Positions 1-11,855 of a stretch of DNA of 64,000 bases are shown here, piece after piece. Every line of letters starts with the position of its first letter. Positions within the stretch are counted from its first letter, which is position 1. A program made the translations under genes and the position numbers. Source of the DNA: Trueperaceae bacterium (GTDB lineage: Bacteria; Deinococcota; Deinococci; Deinococcales; Trueperaceae); NCBI GenBank assembly GCA_965213705.1, contig OZ243913.1, positions 640,001 to 704,000 of the forward strand, in the 5' to 3' direction. The notes below the pieces were generated by a model that did not search any database, was not told the origin of the DNA, and worked only from the letters and a program-made list of their open reading frames with translations.

Positions 1-366
1 GCGGGCGCGGTCGACGTGCTCTACCACCGGGACGGCGTCGTCACCGAAACGGCGCGCTCGAACGTGTTCGTCGTGCGCGACGGCGTGGTCATAACGCCGG
101 GAGAAAACATTTTGCCAGGCGTGACGCGCAAGCAAGTTTTAGAACTCGCGCGGCGACACTACGAAACCCGCGAGACCGAGGTCGGCCTGCAGGACGTGCT
201 GAACGCCGAAGAAGTGTTCATCACCAGCACGCTCAAGGGTGTGCTGCCCATCGTCTTGGTCGAGGGCCGTCCTATCGGCAGCGGCACCCCCGGCCCAGTC
301 GCGCAGCACCTGGGCAAATTGTTCGAGGCGCACGTCGAAGCCTACTTGTCCGTCGCTTCACGCTGA
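1..366 (+). CDS. Class IV aminotransferase (branched-chain/D-amino acid aminotransferase or ADC lyase-like), 5'-truncated by window edge
   Basis: E-T-A-R-S-N-V-F, ILPGVTR and EEVFITST motifs typical of fold-type IV PLP enzymes. Confidence 0.85.
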   Translation, partial: AGAVDVLYHRDGVVTETARSNVFVVRDGVVITPGENILPGVTRKQVLELARRHYETRETEVGLQDVLNAEEVFITSTLKGVLPIVLVEGRPIGSGTPGPVAQHLGKLFEAHVEAYLSVASR

Positions 367-397
367 CGCCTTCAACTCGAGCCTCGTTGTAAAAAAC

Positions 398-1843
<1,446 letters not shown>

Positions 1844-1912
1844 TTAACAAGCCTAGCAGAGAAATGACGAGTCGAAGCGTTTCCCGCTCGAGCCGTTTGC
1901 TACAATGCCGGT

Positions 1913-2467
1913 ATGGACGTCTCAAAAGCTTGGTACCGGGTCAGCCTGGAAGACTATCTCGAGGGCGAGAAAGACGCCCCCGTCAGGCATGAGTATGTGG
2001 ATGGCGAGGTCTTTGCGATGGCGGGGGGCAGCCGTGTGCACAACACCGTCTCTGGCAACGTCCACACCGCGCTCAATTTGGCAGCGAGGCGCTCGAATTG
2101 CCGAGCTTACATCAATGACATGAAAGTCTCAATTGACGAAAACATCTTTTATTATCCCGATGTTGTATTCGATTGCGAGGACGGTTCCGACGATTACTAT
2201 GTCACTAAACCCTGTGTCATCGTCGAAGTCATCAGCCCCTCAACTGTACGCACCGACATGAACGAAAAGCGTTACGCCTACTTAACTTTGCCGAGCCTGC
2301 AGCTCTACCTGCTCGTTGACAGCCGCAAACAGTTCGTGCTCGGCTACTACCGAACCAAAAAGGGCTGGGAAGAACGGCACTTCGACGAGGGCGAAACGGT
2401 GCCCGTTCCTTGCGCCGACTTAGAGCTGACGTTTGAAGACATTTATATCCAAACGCCCTACCTCTGA
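1913..2467 (+). CDS. Uma2 family endonuclease
   Basis: RHEYVDGEVFAMAGGS, YYPDVV, IVEVISPST, YLLVDS; TACAAT 6 nt before ATG. Confidence 0.9.
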   Translation: MDVSKAWYRVSLEDYLEGEKDAPVRHEYVDGEVFAMAGGSRVHNTVSGNVHTALNLAARRSNCRAYINDMKVSIDENIFYYPDVVFDCEDGSDDYYVTKPCVIVEVISPSTVRTDMNEKRYAYLTLPSLQLYLLVDSRKQFVLGYYRTKKGWEERHFDEGETVPVPCADLELTFEDIYIQTPYL

Positions 2468-2504
2468 ACGTTTTCCCCACCCTGGGCACGGTTCCCAGGG
2501 ACGC

Positions 2505-2801
2505 TCAGGGCTGCGCGGCTTTCTCTTTTTGCGCGAGCATCAAGCCCTGCGGGTTTGAAACCGCGTGCCGGGCGGCGGCCCAGGTTTTTTTGAGGTCGGC
2601 ACCCTCCTCGTCCAAACTGCTTGCCGAGACCGAGGCGTAGTATTCGACCTCGTCGGCTTTGGCTTTGAGGAGTTGGTTGAGCACCGCGTGGAGCGAGTCG
2701 CGCACCGCCAAACCCTCTTTGAGCATGTCTTGCGCTTCCAACAGCCGCGTCACGAGTTCGTCATGGCTCATCGAAAGCAGTTGGTCTTTCGTTCGCTGCA
2801 T
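2505..2801 (-). CDS. Small helical hypothetical protein
   Basis: 98 aa ORF with protein-like composition and GGAGAGG RBS-like sequence upstream. Confidence 0.65.
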   Translation of the reverse strand: MQRTKDQLLSMSHDELVTRLLEAQDMLKEGLAVRDSLHAVLNQLLKAKADEVEYYASVSASSLDEEGADLKKTWAAARHAVSNPQGLMLAQKEKAAQP

Positions 2802-2874
2802 TCTTGTACCTCTCCGGGCGCGCTATCCCGAACCCACTTTAACGCGTTTGCTGATGCCGTGTATGCTTGAAGGC

Positions 2875-4227
2875 ATGGACCCGACCCGTTTGTCCGTGCT
2901 CGAGCTTGGCGCAGCCTACCGCGCCAAAGAGTTAAGTCCCGTCGAGGTTACGGAGAGCTACCTGAGCAAGCTCGAGGCGGGCGACGTGTACCGGGTCGTG
3001 ACGGGCGAACGGGCCCGCGCGCAAGCTGCTCGAGCCGAGCGCTTGTTCGCTCGAGGCGCGGCCCTGGGGCCGCTGCAAGGCGTACCCGTCGCCCTAAAAG
3101 ACCTTATCGACACCGTCGGCGAGGTCACGGCGGCAGGCTCGAAAGTTTTAGCCGAGGGCGCAGCCGCCACAGAAGACGCGCCCGTCGCCGCCCGACTCGA
3201 CGCGGCGGGCGCGGTTTTTTTGGGCAAAACCAACATGACCGAGCTTGCCTTTTCGGGCCTCGGGCTCAACCCGCACTTCGGGACGCCTCCCAACGCGCTG
3301 GTCCCCGCGCGGGTTCCGGGGGGGTCGTCGTCGGGCTCGGCGGTGGCGGTCGCGCGCGGTTTGGCTTGCGCGGCGGTGGGCTCGGACACGGGTGGCTCGG
3401 TGCGGATTCCGGCGGCGTTCAACGGTTTGGTCGGCCTCAAAACGACCGACGGAGCTATTCCCAGCGACGGCTGCACCGCGCTCTCGACCACGCTCGACAC
3501 GCTCGGCCCACTGACGCGCAACGTCGACGACGCTTGGGCGCTGTGGTTGGCGCTCGCCGCCAAGCCGTATAAAAAGCTCGAGCCCAAGCTGCCCGCCACC
3601 CTCAAGCTGCTGGTTCCGACGAACGTGGTGCTCGAGGAAGCGGACACCGAAGTGCTCGAGGCTTTCGAAAAAGCGCTCACAACTTTTGAAACTCAGGGCC
3701 ACACGCTCGAGCGGCGTACCGTGCCCGAACTGCAAACCATCCGCGACCTTTACGTCCGCTACGGCAGCTTTGCGAGCCACGAATCGTTTGCGCTCTACGA
3801 GGACGTGCTGACGCGGCGCGGCAATGACATAGACCCGCGGGTGGCGCGGCGGATTCTCGAGTACAAGACGCGCCCGGCCAGCGACTACTTGCGCCTCGTG
3901 TACGCGCGGCGCGACCTGGTGCGCGCTTTCTGGGAGCGTTACCGCCCTTACGACGCCGTCCTCGCGCCGACCGTCGCCATTCTGCCGCCGCGCACCGACG
4001 CGCTCGTCGAAGACGGCGCTTACTTCGCGGCGAACAGCCTCGTTTTGCGCAACACCATGCTCTTCAACTTTTTGAGCGGCGCGGCCGTGAGCGTCCCCTG
4101 CGCGAGTACACCCGAAGGGCTGTCGGTCGGGTTGATGGTGGCGACCGCGCCGCATACGGAGGCCTTGGCCCTTGGCGTCGCCGCGCTCGTCCAACCAGGG
4201 AAAGCGCAAAAACACTCGGTCGAGTAA
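2875..4227 (+). CDS. Amidase signature family protein (GatA-like amidase)
   Basis: GVPVALKD, GKTNMTE, PGGSSSGS, GSDTGGSVRIPA; start moved to ATG 2875 downstream of TATGCT box. Confidence 0.92.
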   Translation: MDPTRLSVLELGAAYRAKELSPVEVTESYLSKLEAGDVYRVVTGERARAQAARAERLFARGAALGPLQGVPVALKDLIDTVGEVTAAGSKVLAEGAAATEDAPVAARLDAAGAVFLGKTNMTELAFSGLGLNPHFGTPPNALVPARVPGGSSSGSAVAVARGLACAAVGSDTGGSVRIPAAFNGLVGLKTTDGAIPSDGCTALSTTLDTLGPLTRNVDDAWALWLALAAKPYKKLEPKLPATLKLLVPTNVVLEEADTEVLEAFEKALTTFETQGHTLERRTVPELQTIRDLYVRYGSFASHESFALYEDVLTRRGNDIDPRVARRILEYKTRPASDYLRLVYARRDLVRAFWERYRPYDAVLAPTVAILPPRTDALVEDGAYFAANSLVLRNTMLFNFLSGAAVSVPCASTPEGLSVGLMVATAPHTEALALGVAALVQPGKAQKHSVE

Positions 4228-4282
4228 ACACACACGCAGCACGGGTTTAGGTAGTTTCGAACATCGTCCAAAAGGCTTGTAG

Positions 4283-5827
4283 CTACGCCGCACTCGAGGC
4301 ACTGTCGAACGTACCCATTGCCGCGCCCCGCCGTCCATACTGCAGCGCTTCATCTTCCAAAGACCCGTAGCGGAGCGCAGCGATGTCCTGAAAATAGCTT
4401 TGGTAGATGACCCAAGGCCTCGACTCGCCCTGCTTGGGCAACAGGTGTTCCGAGCGCCGGATGTAGCCCGAAGTCAGGTTGACGGCGGGCCGCGTCTGCA
4501 GGTCACCGCTCGGCGCTCGAGGGGTGCAGCTGTCGTAGCCTTGGGCGTCCATGTAACTTAGCAGACGACACACGAACTTGGAAATCAGCTCGCACTTGAG
4601 CGTCCAAGAGGCGTTCGTGTAGCCCACGGCCGAGGCGAAGTTCGGGAGGCCGCTGTACAGCGCCCCCTTGTAAGAAAGGCACTTGGACACCTCCACAGGT
4701 TTACCGTCCACAGAAAGCTGTGCGCCGCCCACCACCTTAAGTTGCAGCCCCGTCGCGCTGACAACGATGTCCGCGTCCAAACCTTCACCTGAAGCGAGGC
4801 ACAGCCCCGTCTCGGTAAAGGTGTCGATTTCGTCGGTGACGATTGAAGCGCGGCCGGACTTGACGGCCTTGAAAAAGTCGCCGTCGGGCGCTAGGCACAA
4901 GCGCTGGTCCCAGGGGTCGTAGCGCGGGGTAAAGTGTTTTTCGACGTCGTAGTCGGGGCCGAGTTCGTCCTGGACTTGCTTGAGGAGCGACCGCTTGACC
5001 AGTTCCGGCTGCCAGCGCGCCATCCGGTAGACGTAGGTGCCGTAGAGCACGTTTTTCCAGCGCACCAAACCGTGGGCGAGGCGCGCGGGCAGCGCGCGGT
5101 GCAGCCGCTTCGCCAAGCGGTCTTCGGCGGGCAGCGCGGCGATGTACGAGGGCGAACGCTGCAGCATGGTGACCTGCGCCCCCGAAGCAGCGAGTTCGGG
5201 TACCAGCGTTACCGCCGTCGCGCCGCTGCCTACGATGACGACTTTTTTGTCCTCGACCGAGAGATTTTCGGGCCACGCCTGCGGGTGGACGAGGTGGCCC
5301 TTGAACTCGTCCATACCCGGCCACTGCGGCGTGTAACCCGCGTCGTAGTCGTAGTAGCCGCTGCACATGTACAAAAAATTGCAGGTGTAGGGCGTGGGTG
5401 CGCCCTCGACGCAGAGCCGCCACCGCGCCTCCTCGGAAGACCAGGCGGCGCTGGTCAACTTGTGGTGGTAGCGAATGTGTTTTTCGATGTCGAAGGCCGC
5501 GGCGGTCTCTTTGATGTAGGACAGAATCGTCGGCCCGTCGGAGATGGACTTGTCGCTCGTCCAAGGTCGAAAGCTGAAGCCGAGCGTTTCCATGTCCGAG
5601 TCCGAGCGGATGCCGGGGTAGCGGAACAGGTCCCAGGTGCCGCCGACGCTGCCGCGCGCCTCCAAAACGGCAAAACTCTTGTCCGGGAGGAGCCGCTGCA
5701 AGTAGCAGGCCGCGCCGATGCCTGAGAGCCCCGCGCCGACGATGACGACGTCGAAGTGTTGGGCGGGACGCTGTTCGCGTTGCTGGGTGAGTGAGGTGGG
5801 CTCGAGGGTCACTGTCGGTAGGGTCAC
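4283..5827 (-). CDS. Flavin-containing Baeyer-Villiger-type monooxygenase (EthA-like)
   Basis: GAGLSG, GGTWDLFRYPGIRSDSD, FKGHLVHPQAWP fingerprint variant, GSGATA, PRYDPWDQRLC. Confidence 0.92.
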   Translation of the reverse strand: MTLPTVTLEPTSLTQQREQRPAQHFDVVIVGAGLSGIGAACYLQRLLPDKSFAVLEARGSVGGTWDLFRYPGIRSDSDMETLGFSFRPWTSDKSISDGPTILSYIKETAAAFDIEKHIRYHHKLTSAAWSSEEARWRLCVEGAPTPYTCNFLYMCSGYYDYDAGYTPQWPGMDEFKGHLVHPQAWPENLSVEDKKVVIVGSGATAVTLVPELAASGAQVTMLQRSPSYIAALPAEDRLAKRLHRALPARLAHGLVRWKNVLYGTYVYRMARWQPELVKRSLLKQVQDELGPDYDVEKHFTPRYDPWDQRLCLAPDGDFFKAVKSGRASIVTDEIDTFTETGLCLASGEGLDADIVVSATGLQLKVVGGAQLSVDGKPVEVSKCLSYKGALYSGLPNFASAVGYTNASWTLKCELISKFVCRLLSYMDAQGYDSCTPRAPSGDLQTRPAVNLTSGYIRRSEHLLPKQGESRPWVIYQSYFQDIAALRYGSLEDEALQYGRRGAAMGTFDSASSAA

Positions 5828-5932
5828 TGTCGGTCTCCTTTACAGGTCGTTGTAAAATGTTCAGGTAAATTTTTTGGTCTTTAGTGCAACTTTCAAATCT
5901 GTCGTAACGATAACCGGGGACCACCCGCCACC

Positions 5933-6817
5933 TCACGCACCGCCCGACTTTTGCTTGCTCGCCCTTTTGGGGGTTTTGGCACCGAGGTTGCGTTCGAATT
6001 CCCTTTTCAGGAGGCGCCAGTAGGCGACCGGAGCGGCGCGCTGCACCGCTTCGATCATGCGCGCGTCCGAGCCGATGAGCACGCGGCCGCGCCGCCGCCG
6101 AACAGCCTCCAAAATAGCGGCGGCGGCCACCTCGGGCGTGGTTTTGACGTTTTCGGCGAAGCGCTGCATCCCCTGACGTGCCGCTTCTTGGTCGGCGGCG
6201 GCGGCAACCCGCGCGCCCAGCGCGATGTTCGTCTTGACGCCGCCCGGATGAACCACCGTCACCCCGACCCGGCCGGCGAGTTCGTGTCGCAGCGCCTCGG
6301 TAAAGCCGCGCACGGCGAACTTGCTCGCCGCGTAGGCCACGTTGCCCGGCGGCGCGATGACGCCGAAGATGCTCGAGAGGTTCACCAGGTGCGACCCCGG
6401 CTCGCTGAGCAAACTAGGCAAACAGCTTTTGGTGAGGGTGACGACCGCGCGGAAGTTGATGTTCATGAGCCATTCGAACTCTTCTAAGGTAACCTCTTCG
6501 AAGGTACCCTCGAGGCCTGCGCCCGCGTTGTTGACGAGCAGCGTGACGCGCCTGTGTGCGGCTAGGACCTCTTCGACCAGTTCGAAAATAGCCTCTTGCC
6601 GGGCGAGGTCGACGGTGTGCGTGCTGGTCTCCGCGCCGAGCTGCCGCGTTCGCGTGGCGACCTCCGCCAAACCCGCCTCGTTCCGGTCTGCCAGGGCGAG
6701 GCGGCAACCCCGCGCCGCTAGGTCCGTTGCGAGCGCGCGCCCGATGCCGCTCGCCGCGCCCGTAAGAAGTGCGACGCTGTCTTGAAAAATGAATGGTTTC
6801 ACAAATTCCCCCGGCAC
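5933..6817 (-). CDS. Short-chain dehydrogenase/reductase
   Basis: TGAASGIG, NNAG, YAASK motifs. Confidence 0.92.
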   Translation of the reverse strand: MPGEFVKPFIFQDSVALLTGAASGIGRALATDLAARGCRLALADRNEAGLAEVATRTRQLGAETSTHTVDLARQEAIFELVEEVLAAHRRVTLLVNNAGAGLEGTFEEVTLEEFEWLMNINFRAVVTLTKSCLPSLLSEPGSHLVNLSSIFGVIAPPGNVAYAASKFAVRGFTEALRHELAGRVGVTVVHPGGVKTNIALGARVAAAADQEAARQGMQRFAENVKTTPEVAAAAILEAVRRRRGRVLIGSDARMIEAVQRAAPVAYWRLLKREFERNLGAKTPKRASKQKSGGA

Positions 6818-7008
6818 GCTGGCAAGCTGCCGGAAAGCGTTGCAAGGCGCTCCAGCCCCGTCTTCGTCAGCCGCTTACCCACGCGCTCCTCCTCGGCTTC
6901 ACTCCGAACCCGACCTCGTTCCAAAAGGTGCGAACCGGCAAGGCGTTTTGCGGTCGTTGCCTGTAGCCTGCCGGGCAGAGTTGACAAGACGCGCGCCACC
7001 CCTTAGGC

Positions 7009-7061
7009 TTATCCGATACTGTTATTGGATAAAGTTTAAGGGGGGAGCAGGGGTTTGTCAA
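7009..7061 (-). promoter_or_regulatory. Sigma-70-type promoter for the SDR/monooxygenase genes with adjacent palindromic operator
   Basis: Minus strand TTGACA (7056-7061), 17 nt spacer, TAAACT (7033-7038); imperfect inverted repeat TTATCCGATA-CTGT-TATTGGATAA at 7009-7032 over the predicted start site. Confidence 0.7.
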
Positions 7062-7260
7062 TCGTCGACAGGTCGGCACACCTTCTGCGGGGTCTTTGAC
7101 GTGAGGTTCTTGACTGAGGAGTCCCGAGTGAGCCTGAGAGCGAGAAGCCGGTGATGAGGGGCGCTGGTGACCGTGTCATGGAGGTGTCGGAAGTGTGCAG
7201 GCGAGAAGACCTCGAGCACCTTGGACCCTCCCAAGCCTCGGTGGGGACTGAAAACAGCTC

Positions 7261-8655
7261 ATGAGCGCTCGAGCCGCCATCTCACCGCTCGCCCCACACC
7301 TCACCCGCTTGACGCGGGGGGCCAAGCTCGCCTACGGGACGGGCGACATGGCGGGGTCGGTGGTCGTCACGCTGACGGGCTTTTTCTTGCAGGCGTTTTT
7401 GCTGGACGTCGCGGGGCTCAGGCCGGCCGCCGTGGGCGTCATCTTTTTCGTCTCGAGCGTCTGGGACGCCGTGACCGACCCCATGATGGGGGTCATAAGC
7501 GACCGCACCCGCACGCGCTGGGGCGCGAAGCGGCCGTGGCTGCTGTTTGGGGCCGTTCCCTTCGGGGTTGCTTATTTTTTGCACTGGCTAGTACCCGACC
7601 TGGGTCCGGCGGGACTGTTCGCGTACTACCTCGCCGTCTCGCTGCTGCTCAAGACGGCCTACACGGTTGTCAACGTGCCCTACGCCGCCCTCACCCCGGC
7701 GCTGACCCAGGACTACGACGAGCGCACGCAGCTCAACACCTACCGCTTCAGCCTCAACTTGTTCGGCAGCTTATTGGCGGTCGTCCTGCACCCTGTTTTG
7801 GTAAATCTAGCCGGTGACGACGTGGCGCGCGGCTACTTACTCAGCGCGGGCGTGTGGGGCGTGTTCATCGCGGCCACGGTGCTGACCGCGTTCGGCGGCA
7901 CCGCCGAGCGAACCGCGCCGAGCGTGAGCGCGGACCTCAACGTGTGGGGCGACCTGACCTCGGCGCTGCGCAACCGGGCTTTTTTGCTCGTCACGGGCAT
8001 CTACCTCTGCTCCTGGCTCGCCCTGCTGACGGTCCAGGCGAACCTGCTGCTGTTCTTTCGCTACTGGGCGGGCATCGAGGCGCAGTTTACGGGCCTCATC
8101 CTGAGTTTTCAGGTGGCGGCCATCCTGTCGCTTAGTTTGTGGGCTTACCTGAGCAGACGCATCGGCAAGCGGGCGGTGTACACGCTCGGGGCGCTGCTCT
8201 GGGCGGCCGGGCTCGCACTCTTTTTCTTTTTGCCGCCCGGCGCGGTGCTGCCGGCTTACGGGCTGGCGACGCTCATCGGGGTGGGGGCGGCGGTGGCCTA
8301 CCTCATCCCCTGGAGCATGTTGCCCGACGTGGTCGACGACGACGAACTGCGCACCGGCGAACGGCGCGAGGGCGTGTTCTACGGGATGTTCGTGTTTTTG
8401 CAGAAGCTGGGTTTGTCGCTGGGTCTGGCGGTCTCGAGCTTCGCCCTGGACGCAACCGGCTACCTCAACCCCGAGGCGGCGGGCGCGGTGGTGACGCAGC
8501 CGGACGGGGTGCTCCTCACTTTACGCCTGCTGGTGAGTTTCGTGCCCACCGCGCTGCTCCTCGTCAGCTTGCCCTTCGTTTATTATTACCCCCTCACCCG
8601 CGAACGCTACGCCGAGATTCGGGCGCGCCTGGACGCTCGCCCGTCAGATATTTAA
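7261..8655 (+). CDS. MFS transporter, glycoside-pentoside-hexuronide (GPH) family
   Basis: WDAVTDPMMGVISDRTRTRWG, NVPYAAL, LPDVVDDDELRTGERREG; about 12 hydrophobic segments. Confidence 0.9.
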   Translation: MSARAAISPLAPHLTRLTRGAKLAYGTGDMAGSVVVTLTGFFLQAFLLDVAGLRPAAVGVIFFVSSVWDAVTDPMMGVISDRTRTRWGAKRPWLLFGAVPFGVAYFLHWLVPDLGPAGLFAYYLAVSLLLKTAYTVVNVPYAALTPALTQDYDERTQLNTYRFSLNLFGSLLAVVLHPVLVNLAGDDVARGYLLSAGVWGVFIAATVLTAFGGTAERTAPSVSADLNVWGDLTSALRNRAFLLVTGIYLCSWLALLTVQANLLLFFRYWAGIEAQFTGLILSFQVAAILSLSLWAYLSRRIGKRAVYTLGALLWAAGLALFFFLPPGAVLPAYGLATLIGVGAAVAYLIPWSMLPDVVDDDELRTGERREGVFYGMFVFLQKLGLSLGLAVSSFALDATGYLNPEAAGAVVTQPDGVLLTLRLLVSFVPTALLLVSLPFVYYYPLTRERYAEIRARLDARPSDI

Positions 8656-8664
8656 GGAGACCCC

Positions 8665-9636
8665 ATGCGCGTTTTACGCACCCCCGACGAACGTTTTCAC
8701 AACCTGCCCGACTACCCGTTCGAGCCGCACTACCTCACCGTTTCGGACTTTGAAGGTGGCGAGTTGCGCGTTCACTACCTGGACAAAGGCCAGTCAGAAA
8801 GCCAGTCCCAACCCACCGTGCTGCTGCTACACGGCGAACCCACCTGGTCGTACCTGTACCGCCACATGATTCCGCCGCTCGTTGCCGCGGGTTTTCGGGT
8901 CGTCGCGCCCGACCTGGTCGGTTTCGGCAAGTCGGACAAGCCCGCTCAAAAGAGCGACTACACCTACCGGCGGCACGTGGCTTGGATGAAGGCCGTTTTG
9001 TTCGAGGGGCTCGAGCTTAAAGACGTCACCCTCTTCTGCCAGGACTGGGGCTCGCTCATCGGGTTGCGGCTCGTGGCGGACCAGCCCGAGCGCTTCGCGC
9101 GGGTTGTGCTCGCCAACGGCGGCTTGCCGACGGGCGACGAAGAAATGTCCAACGAGTTCAAGGTTTGGTTGGCGTTCTCAAAACTCACCCCGGTTTTGCC
9201 CGTCGGCAGGATTCTTCAAATCGGGACGATGACCGAGTTGGGACGGGACGTGCTTTCGGCCTACAACGCCCCCTTCCCGACCGAGGCCTACAAGGCGGGC
9301 GCGCACGTGTTTCCCTCGCTCGTGCCCGTCCGGCCGGACGACCCCGCCGCGCCCGCCAACCGCCGGGCGTGGGCGGTGCTGGAAAAGTTCGACAAGCCTT
9401 TTCTGACCGCGTTCAGCGACCAAGACCCAATTACGAGAGGAGCCGAGCAGGCCTTCCGAACTCGAGTGCCGGGGGCGCGGGGTCAGCCGCACGTGACGAC
9501 CAGGGGAGGCGGACACTTTTTGCAAGAGGACCGGCCCGACGACCTCGCCCGGCTCATCATCAAGTTTGTGAACGCGGGGGCTGTAGACGAGGGAACTGTG
9601 AGCGCGGGGGCGTCTCCTCTGCAAAAAACCCCGTGA
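8665..9636 (+). CDS. Haloalkane dehalogenase family alpha/beta hydrolase
   Basis: LRTPDERF, HGEPTWSYLY, QDWG nucleophile, GHFLQED; AGGAG RBS. Confidence 0.92.
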   Translation: MRVLRTPDERFHNLPDYPFEPHYLTVSDFEGGELRVHYLDKGQSESQSQPTVLLLHGEPTWSYLYRHMIPPLVAAGFRVVAPDLVGFGKSDKPAQKSDYTYRRHVAWMKAVLFEGLELKDVTLFCQDWGSLIGLRLVADQPERFARVVLANGGLPTGDEEMSNEFKVWLAFSKLTPVLPVGRILQIGTMTELGRDVLSAYNAPFPTEAYKAGAHVFPSLVPVRPDDPAAPANRRAWAVLEKFDKPFLTAFSDQDPITRGAEQAFRTRVPGARGQPHVTTRGGGHFLQEDRPDDLARLIIKFVNAGAVDEGTVSAGASPLQKTP

Positions 9637-10331
9637 GCGTCCGCAAGCGCAGCAACGGCCTCGCCACCTATCACCGCATGGTGCAAGCCGCCGTCACCAT
9701 CATGCGCGAAGAGGGACCGGGCGAGGTCACCACGGCGCGGCTCGCCGAAGCGTCGGGCGTTGTTCAGTCGGGCTTTTACACGCACTTCAAAAACGTGGAT
9801 GAGGCCATCGTCGCCGCCGCCGAGCAAACCGGCCAGCGCTTGCGGGAGGTCATCCGAAGTTGGCGCGCGGAAATCGTTGCGCTAGGCGGCGGCACCGTGC
9901 AGCAGCTCGCCGAGCACTACGCCGCGCTCATCAAATTGCTCCTCGACGAGCGTCACTTTACCGAACTCTACTTGCAGTACCGCCGCACGCCCAGCCGTTT
10001 GGGTGAGGTACTGCGCCACTTCGAGGCGGACGTGCTGCGCGACATCAGCGTTCATTTGGAACAGATGTTGCACCCGAGCGCACAACAGGTTGGACCCCTA
10101 CACAACCCGCCTCTACAAGCCAGGGACCGTCAGCAAGCCGAGCAGATTGTGGGCATGTTCTGGGTCGCAGTGGACCGAGCGCTCTACGCCGAAGCCGGCC
10201 CGGCCGAAGGTGACGTCGAGCGTTTGGCCCTGCAGCTTGCGGTTCTCACAAAAGCGAGCGTCGAGCTTGGTTACGGCGTGCCGGACGAACGTTTTTTGGC
10301 GCGGGTCTCGCTCGGGTTGCTGAAATCCTGA
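9633..10331 (+). CDS. TetR/AcrR family transcriptional regulator
   Basis: N-terminal HTH (TTARLAEASGVVQSGFYTHFKN); GTG start overlaps upstream stop. Confidence 0.8.
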   Translation: MSVRKRSNGLATYHRMVQAAVTIMREEGPGEVTTARLAEASGVVQSGFYTHFKNVDEAIVAAAEQTGQRLREVIRSWRAEIVALGGGTVQQLAEHYAALIKLLLDERHFTELYLQYRRTPSRLGEVLRHFEADVLRDISVHLEQMLHPSAQQVGPLHNPPLQARDRQQAEQIVGMFWVAVDRALYAEAGPAEGDVERLALQLAVLTKASVELGYGVPDERFLARVSLGLLKS

Positions 10332-10589
10332 GCGTTCTTGCCGAAGGTTTGCTCGGGCGGCGGCTCGGCCGTGCCGGTCAAACCCCTCAAACAACCTTTT
10401 CAGTGCCCGTTACGAAGGGCTACGGTTTGTCCGAAAGCTACAGTCTGTCCGAAAGCCCGGCGAGCTAAAAGCAAACCTCTTCTATTACATCCAATTGAAG
10501 AGCGATAGTTTCTGGTCTTACGGTTGCTGGGTTAGTCCTCATCAAGAGAAGTCTGGTCGACCGCGGGTTATCATGACGGAGCACTAATC

Positions 10590-10705
10590 CCCTTTCCGTT
10601 TGATTCCCTCGGAATTGAGTGCGAGCAGAGCGAGAAGAAATACGGACCAGCGACAAGGAAGCGAACAACTCTCCAAGGGAGCTGTAGCATCGGAATCCGT
10701 GTAAG
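10590..10705. repeat. Degenerate Deinococcus-type small non-coding repeat (MITE-like), left copy
   Basis: Ends in ATCGGAATCCGTGT, inverted relative to TCATACGGATTCCGAT at 11947; internal GAGCAGAGCGAGAAG...TACGG mirrors the right copy. Confidence 0.55.
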
Positions 10706-10712
10706 GAGGAAC

Positions 10713-11855
10713 ATGAAAATTCGGCTGAGTATAGGTGTGTTGGCATTGGTGTCCTGGGTTCACGCGGGTCCCCTTGTGGCGATAGGCGGCGGCCTGACGC
10801 CCGAAAACGAAGCCGTGTACCGCACCGTCATCGACCTGGCGGGCGCGGACCCTACCTTCTGCGTGTTCGGTACTGCGAGTTCCGACCCTCAGGAGAGCGC
10901 CGCGGCCTACGTCGCGGACTTCGAAACTTATGGCGCTGCCGCCAAAGTCGTCGACATCACCACCGACAACGCCGCGACGAGCACGAGCGACGACGCGGTT
11001 TTAGAAACCATCCGCGGTTGCGACGGTTACTTTTTCACCGGCGGCGACCAGCGCCGCATCACCGAGGCTTTTCTGAAAGACGGTGCGGACACGCCGGCGC
11101 TGACCGCGCTGCGCGAACGGTTCGCGGCGGGCGCGCCCATTGCCGGGACGAGCGCCGGGCTCGCCGCGCTGAGCGACCCCATGATCAGCGGCGGCTCAAG
11201 CGTCGACACACTTTTGTCAGGCCCCGACCCCGTCACCGTGGAACCCGGTTTAGGGTTCACCGACGTGCTTTTAGACCAGCACTCGGTCGAGCGGGGCCGC
11301 TTCGGTCGGTTGTTGGGCGCACTTTTTGAGACCAACGCCGCGCTCGGCGTCGGCGTGAGCGAGGACACGGCCGTGGTGATTCCCGAAACCGGCCCCTGGC
11401 GCGTCGTCGGCGCGGGCTACGTGGTGGTCCTGGAAGTGCCCACGGACAGCACGCTCGCAGCGCCGGAGGGTGTGGCGATGAGCCTCGTCTCGAGCGGCGA
11501 CACCTTCGACCCCGCAACCGGCACCTTCAGCATCTTCGCAGGGCGCAGCGCCGAAGAGGTGGGTACTTACTACGACCCCGGCACCATCTTTGCCGTCGAC
11601 ATTTTCGGCCCCGAGGTGGTGAGCGGCGTGCTCGAGCGCCTCATCGACTCGCCCGAAACCCAAGCGAGCGGCTTAGGCTTTTTGGGCAGCGGTGAGCCGA
11701 GCTTCAGCGCCGACGGCGTCCGGCTCGTGTTCGAGAAAACGCCTCAGACCCAAGGCTACTGGGGCCGCGTCGACGGCCAAGACTACAGCGTCGTCCGCGT
11801 CGGTGTGCGTTTGGAACCGGTTGAGGTCAGCGTGTCGCCGCGCGGCAGCGACTGA
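10713..11855 (+). CDS. Secreted cyanophycinase (peptidase S51)
   Basis: LVAIGGG, FFTGGDQ, GTSAG nucleophile, DQH..ERGRFGRL, GVSEDT; signal-peptide-like N-terminus; AGGAGG RBS. Confidence 0.85.
   Translation: MKIRLSIGVLALVSWVHAGPLVAIGGGLTPENEAVYRTVIDLAGADPTFCVFGTASSDPQESAAAYVADFETYGAAAKVVDITTDNAATSTSDDAVLETIRGCDGYFFTGGDQRRITEAFLKDGADTPALTALRERFAAGAPIAGTSAGLAALSDPMISGGSSVDTLLSGPDPVTVEPGLGFTDVLLDQHSVERGRFGRLLGALFETNAALGVGVSEDTAVVIPETGPWRVVGAGYVVVLEVPTDSTLAAPEGVAMSLVSSGDTFDPATGTFSIFAGRSAEEVGTYYDPGTIFAVDIFGPEVVSGVLERLIDSPETQASGLGFLGSGEPSFSADGVRLVFEKTPQTQGYWGRVDGQDYSVVRVGVRLEPVEVSVSPRGSD

Noticed and set aside
10495..10600. SAM-I or lysine riboswitch upstream of the cyanophycinase gene
   Set aside because: Only fragments (CTCATCAAGAG, GGAGCACTA) resemble the consensus; the core helices could not be built
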